Shown here piece after piece: positions 59,305-64,000 of a DNA stretch of 64,000 nt. Each line of letters opens with the position of its first letter. Position 1 is the first letter of the stretch. The translations under genes were made by a program, and so were the position numbers. Under the pieces are notes generated by a model. It was not told the origin of the DNA. It made no database searches and saw only the letters and a program-made list of their open reading frames with translations. This DNA is from Iphione sp. A-MEVVRFRX5 (taxonomy: Eukaryota). The stretch spans positions 11,780,001 through 11,844,000 of the forward strand of contig OZ320317.1 in assembly GCA_976226885.1 (NCBI GenBank), written 5' to 3'.

Positions 59305-62300
59305 AGTTGTCAATTTTGCCCACGGCCCCATATTTGACTATAAATTAGCAATACTATGAGTTTCCCACAGTTAAAGCTGGCGAGCGTGCTCAGAGAGGGA
59401 GTCCTGGTCATGGAGAGGTCTTGCTATGACCCTGCCTCCTGTTGATGCCAGTTCTGTCCCTCTCTGTGCATCCTGCTGCGCTCAGCATCAATTACAGCTT
59501 CAGGACCGGTATCCACATTGGTGTGTTCGTGCGTGTGTGTCTTGTTGCGTTCACCGCGATGATGCGTGGGAATGCAGAGGTGTGCCAATCTACTTGCATT
59601 TGTATTGGGTTGGGTTGGGTTGCCCATGCCCATTCCCCAGGCGCCAATGGCTGTTCCCCAGGCAACGCAACAGAGTAAACCTGGGGGAAAAGCTGCACAA
59701 CAGAGCAAATAAAAACATGGCACTCTGGCTGTGAAAACACGTATACGGTACATGTAAATCATATGGATACATGGAAATCAAACCTTAGTTTCAGTAATTT
59801 CCTCCTTTCTGAGAGTTTCCTTTCTGGTCTATTCCTTTCACCCAGCAAATAATAATTACAATATAATGTTAAAGTGTGTGGGATTGGCTTCTACCGAGCT
59901 GGAGAAACACCAGGTAGGCCAGGATGCATTCCTAAAGATACATCCAGGAAAGATCGGAATGTATCTTCTAACAGAACTGGGAAAATTATTTACTTGATGA
60001 AACCTATGTCCTGATCTCGTCCTGCATGTCACATGATGTAAAAACATGTACTGGTTTTACTTCACAAGTGTGACACTAGACGGCTGGCCTGAATGGGTTG
60101 AAAGCTTGTCATTTCTTTCGGGTGTGTTGGTTTTGATCATTTCAAGTTCATTTGATAATTTAGGGACTAAAACGATGAAAAAACAGTGAGTGCATGACCA
60201 CAGCACTGTCTGATGACAGTATGCTTTGACCTGTGTTCCAAACCACTATGTTGACATCACAAAGGTAGTCCTAGTGATGGAACAGTTGTCAATGACTCTT
60301 TTTGGTTGGACTCTGATTGGAGAGATGGTTGCCTGGTGAGGTGTTGCCATGTCTCCCGTTGGTAAGGGAGTCTCTCTTGGAAATATTTATTTGAATTTAA
60401 TTGTTTTTCCCTTTTTAGTGATGGATACTTGTGGGACTGACACTATGCAGTGGATTTATCAGTGCCAGGAGTTGAATTGGGATATGTAAGAGGCTCATAG
60501 TGTGGTTTCAACTGGAGTGTCTCATCAGGTGCATATTTAGTTTTGTTATATGTCTGTATAAAAGTGGCACGAATGACCTTAATGTCAGTGTGGTAATTTA
60601 TACTAAGACTTTTGCAAGATGTAGTGGTTTTGAGTCCTTGGTTTAGAGAACCCTACCTGGACGTAATTGTCCAGTACCAGACTAGTGGTAAGAATGTAGT
60701 CTTATGCTGGGCAGGTGTAGCGTGGCCAGACCTAGTCCACCCATCGATTTGGGCGACAGGCACCTTGACTGTTCCATGTATCCATATGATAATTTGATAA
60801 TTTAAGTTTAATCCTGCCATTTCCCCGACGGATTTGCCGCCCGTAATCTTCTGGGTTGGACTTTTTCTATATTTCCCAGTGGGAAAGGTAGCCTATTAAT
60901 TCCTATCATCTAAACTCGAAGAGCAACATTCGGATTAATGAATTATTCTCATCTCCACTTTTTCTGTTCATTGTAAATTGGATAGTAACAGAATTAGCAT
61001 GTCATATTACCTAACCTGTTAACTCACATTTGAGGCTCTCCGCCAACTTTAAATTCTAATTCTCACTCTCCGTCAGATGAACACACGTGCACCGAGGTCT
61101 GTCTTGGACGACCGACCCTGTACGCCCCCTAGTAGGGAAAATCTCAACCAACCCTCATGTACGACAAGCCCTGCCCCATATATCAGCGCAATAATACATC
61201 GAGTATGTGTATTGATCTTTGAAATCCAAATCAACTAGTGAAACAGACTTTCGATGAGGCTTCTAGTGTTTTTCTGCATTTGGATATGGAGAATCTTTCT
61301 GCGTCTCTTCAGGATCAATACGATGTTCTCTTTGTAAAACACGTTCATCGAGTTGCAAAGTATTTTTGTCTGAGGTGTTAATTAAATTAAAGGTTAGAGA
61401 AATATTGACATTGATCCGGAGGACTCGGCAGTGAAATTTTAACCTCTCTAGAGTAGATATTTGCAGAGGATGTTTGCTTGTCGATCTCAATACCCTTTAC
61501 GGTCGGACTACACCTCGTTAGGTGGGAGGAGAGGGTGGACGGAGGGGGAGGGAGGGAAGGGGGCTGACCTTCTCGCCGTGTTTAACTAGTTGACAGGCTG
61601 AAACCAACAAATGACCTCGATCAGCATGTTTTTAAAATCAAGGGAAGGGGGGGGGGAGATCCCCATGATGTTGAACTTTGTTAATAACACGATGTACATT
61701 GTATTATTTGATAGGGCAAGCAGCAAATCTGCACTTGAAAGTCGTGATTATCTTTTAGACCAATAATTAGGTTGGTCTTGTTTTCTCCCTCTCTGTCCTA
61801 AACTAAATAAAAAAATGAAACGATCTTTTAAGAGATATCCAGTGGTGCACTAGCACAGACTGGTACTGTGCTTGTATATACGACTGGTGAAATATGTTTT
61901 TATGAACTGTTATACATGTGTACATGTATACAAAGTTCCAGCCACAAATGATCCATCAGCCCACCCACCCACCCACCCACGCCCACCGCCTCCTCCATTA
62001 CACTGTGACCACCACCCACCACCACCGACCCACCACCACACCCACTAAGAGTTCCATGTGGATTGAAAAGGAACTTTCCCTGTCTGAAAGACCTAGTTAT
62101 GGGTCTGGGGTTTTTCTTTGCCGTTCACAAGTTTTACTCCGAGGTATCATTGGCTCTGTATGAATTACGAAATTGTAAAGATACATCAAATCCCTTTTAT
62201 GTGGGGTAGGTTATTATTTAAATAAAATGCCATGAGACCCATTCTGTTATTTCAAGTCATGAGACAGCCATCGTTTTAATATGAACTGAAATTTGTATCA

Positions 62301-62383
62301 GTTGTAATAATCAATACTCTACGCTTATAAGTTTCCTATAACATAGCTGTATTACAAGTAAGAATACTATAATTATATAGAGA

Positions 62384-62388
62384 GAAAA

Positions 62389-62427
<39 letters not shown>
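62384..62427. repeat. (GA)n microsatellite
   Basis: agagagag run. Confidence 0.9.
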
Positions 62428-64000
62428 TATTTTAAACCGCTGCCGACGGTGCCCTGCGGATAATTCAATCCCCCTATAGAGTTAACCTGAAGTTACCTAC
62501 GATTGTGAAACAGAACGTGCCTCCCCGTTCAACATCTGGGAGGTCTGACTCATGTAAACCTCCGCATGTAAATGAGGGACTCAGGGGTAAACTCCTGGTA
62601 ACTCTGACCGCTGGCCGAGCATTCAGGAGAGACCTAGCAGCTAATCTGCTTACTGTTTAAATACATGTACATGTACTGACCCTGTCCGCATTATAATACG
62701 TCCATGACCTGTGGACCGACCTTGCATTTAAATCGGTGTTTTACCGTTCGTGATATTATCAGCGTATACATGTATTTATATACAACATTTCCTGTGAAGG
62801 TACATTAGGGGAAAAAAGAGGAAAAAGAGGAGAGAATAGCCAGTACCAATACATGTATCAATAAAAATATACTTACAGAGATACTCTTACATATGCCACA
62901 TGTAAAACTTACATTATGAAACAATCTCTCCTTTCCTATACACAACTCACGTGTTAATTAACCTCCAGGTGTAGGAAAGCTGCGTGAATTAACTAGACTG
63001 ATTCAACAATTTTTCTGGGAGTTTTGAACAGCCATACCATTGTGAACTTACGACCCTAGTTAATGGCCACCCTTTCCGTTTGTATTGAATATGCCTAAGA
63101 AGATTATTGCTATTGAAGTTAGTGCAAAGCCTGTGCCTTTAGCTGTGTGTCACAGGTAGCAGTTAAAATACATGTATACAGTATGTATGTTGGATCTGGA
63201 CCCCCGCGTGGGTCGTACCCGCTCAGCGGTAGAAGATTCGTTAGACTGGAGCTCGATGTTCCCTGGAGTTCAGGTACTCATGGAGGTGGCTACACTAGCT
63301 TAGACGAATCTTGGATTGAGAACAGGCTGACGACCCAACATTTAAATCGGACGAGGGCCCACCACTGCCCATCACTCTCTGGCATTATCCATGCTTTAAG
63401 TGAAGATTATTTCATGCCTCATCACACCAAATTAGGAAGTGACTCATGCTGGAGCATAAATACATAAATTTTTAAAGTTGAATTAATATCTGCTCTTCTG
63501 CTAATTAATCCAATTACTTTGTTTAGCATGCTTGTAGAAGATGGGTAGTTTTTCTTTTTAGAAATATCCAATTTGCCTTTGTAGTCTGCTGAGGAGTTAA
63601 TCCGGGAAAATGGTCTCAAAACGTCCAAAGCAATTATTTCCCAGTCATTAACATAAGAAATGTGTTCAAAAAATCTTCCATTTCTTGCTTCACTAGCCAT
63701 ACAGTAGATAGATGCACAATTTTCAGAATCTGCCACAAAAATTGTAGCACAAAGCCAACACCACAAGTCAGGTTTGATATCAGCCTTTTATTCTTCTCAG
63801 CTGCAACCAGTACAGCAAGTGAGCATCATGACAGCAGCACGAAGGCGAGTCCCAGGAGAGCATTGGAGTGCAAAGCTTTTATACCTCACAAGCCAATAGC
63901 GTCAACACATCCTAAATACCATTGACCAGATGCAGTTGTACATACATATCATGAACACAATGAGTCATTTAAGTCTAAGGTGTCATGACATCACTAGCGT

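Overview
Eukaryotic (animal, most likely invertebrate) genomic window with spliced genes and many repeats; there are no prokaryotic features, CRISPR arrays or recognisable RNA genes. Three host genes were reconstructed by hand from splice sites and reading-frame phase. (1) The last coding exon of a Pit-1/POU1F1 homeobox gene (+, 9377-9699). (2) An unnamed 16-coding-exon gene (-, 28142 to 12968, about 1185 aa) with a KHDC4/SF1-type KH domain, roughly 60-70 MDRG-type tetrapeptide repeats, two U1/matrin-type zinc fingers and a UBA-like C-terminal helix bundle. (3) A complete homogentisate 1,2-dioxygenase gene, HGD (+, 30295-44933), transcribed divergently from gene 2. HGD has a likely extra terminal exon adding an SV40-like NLS (PKKKVKR). 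Mobile DNA includes an intact, almost CpG-free pogo/Tigger element (52896-56145), a decayed Tigger, TA-flanked Tigger-type MITEs, TTA-flanked PIF/Harbinger-type MITEs and three small TIR elements with 5-bp target duplications. There is also an orphan SGNH-hydrolase-like ORF lacking its nucleophile, a long hairpin in an HGD intron and many minisatellites. All family assignments are from motif recognition, not database searches.
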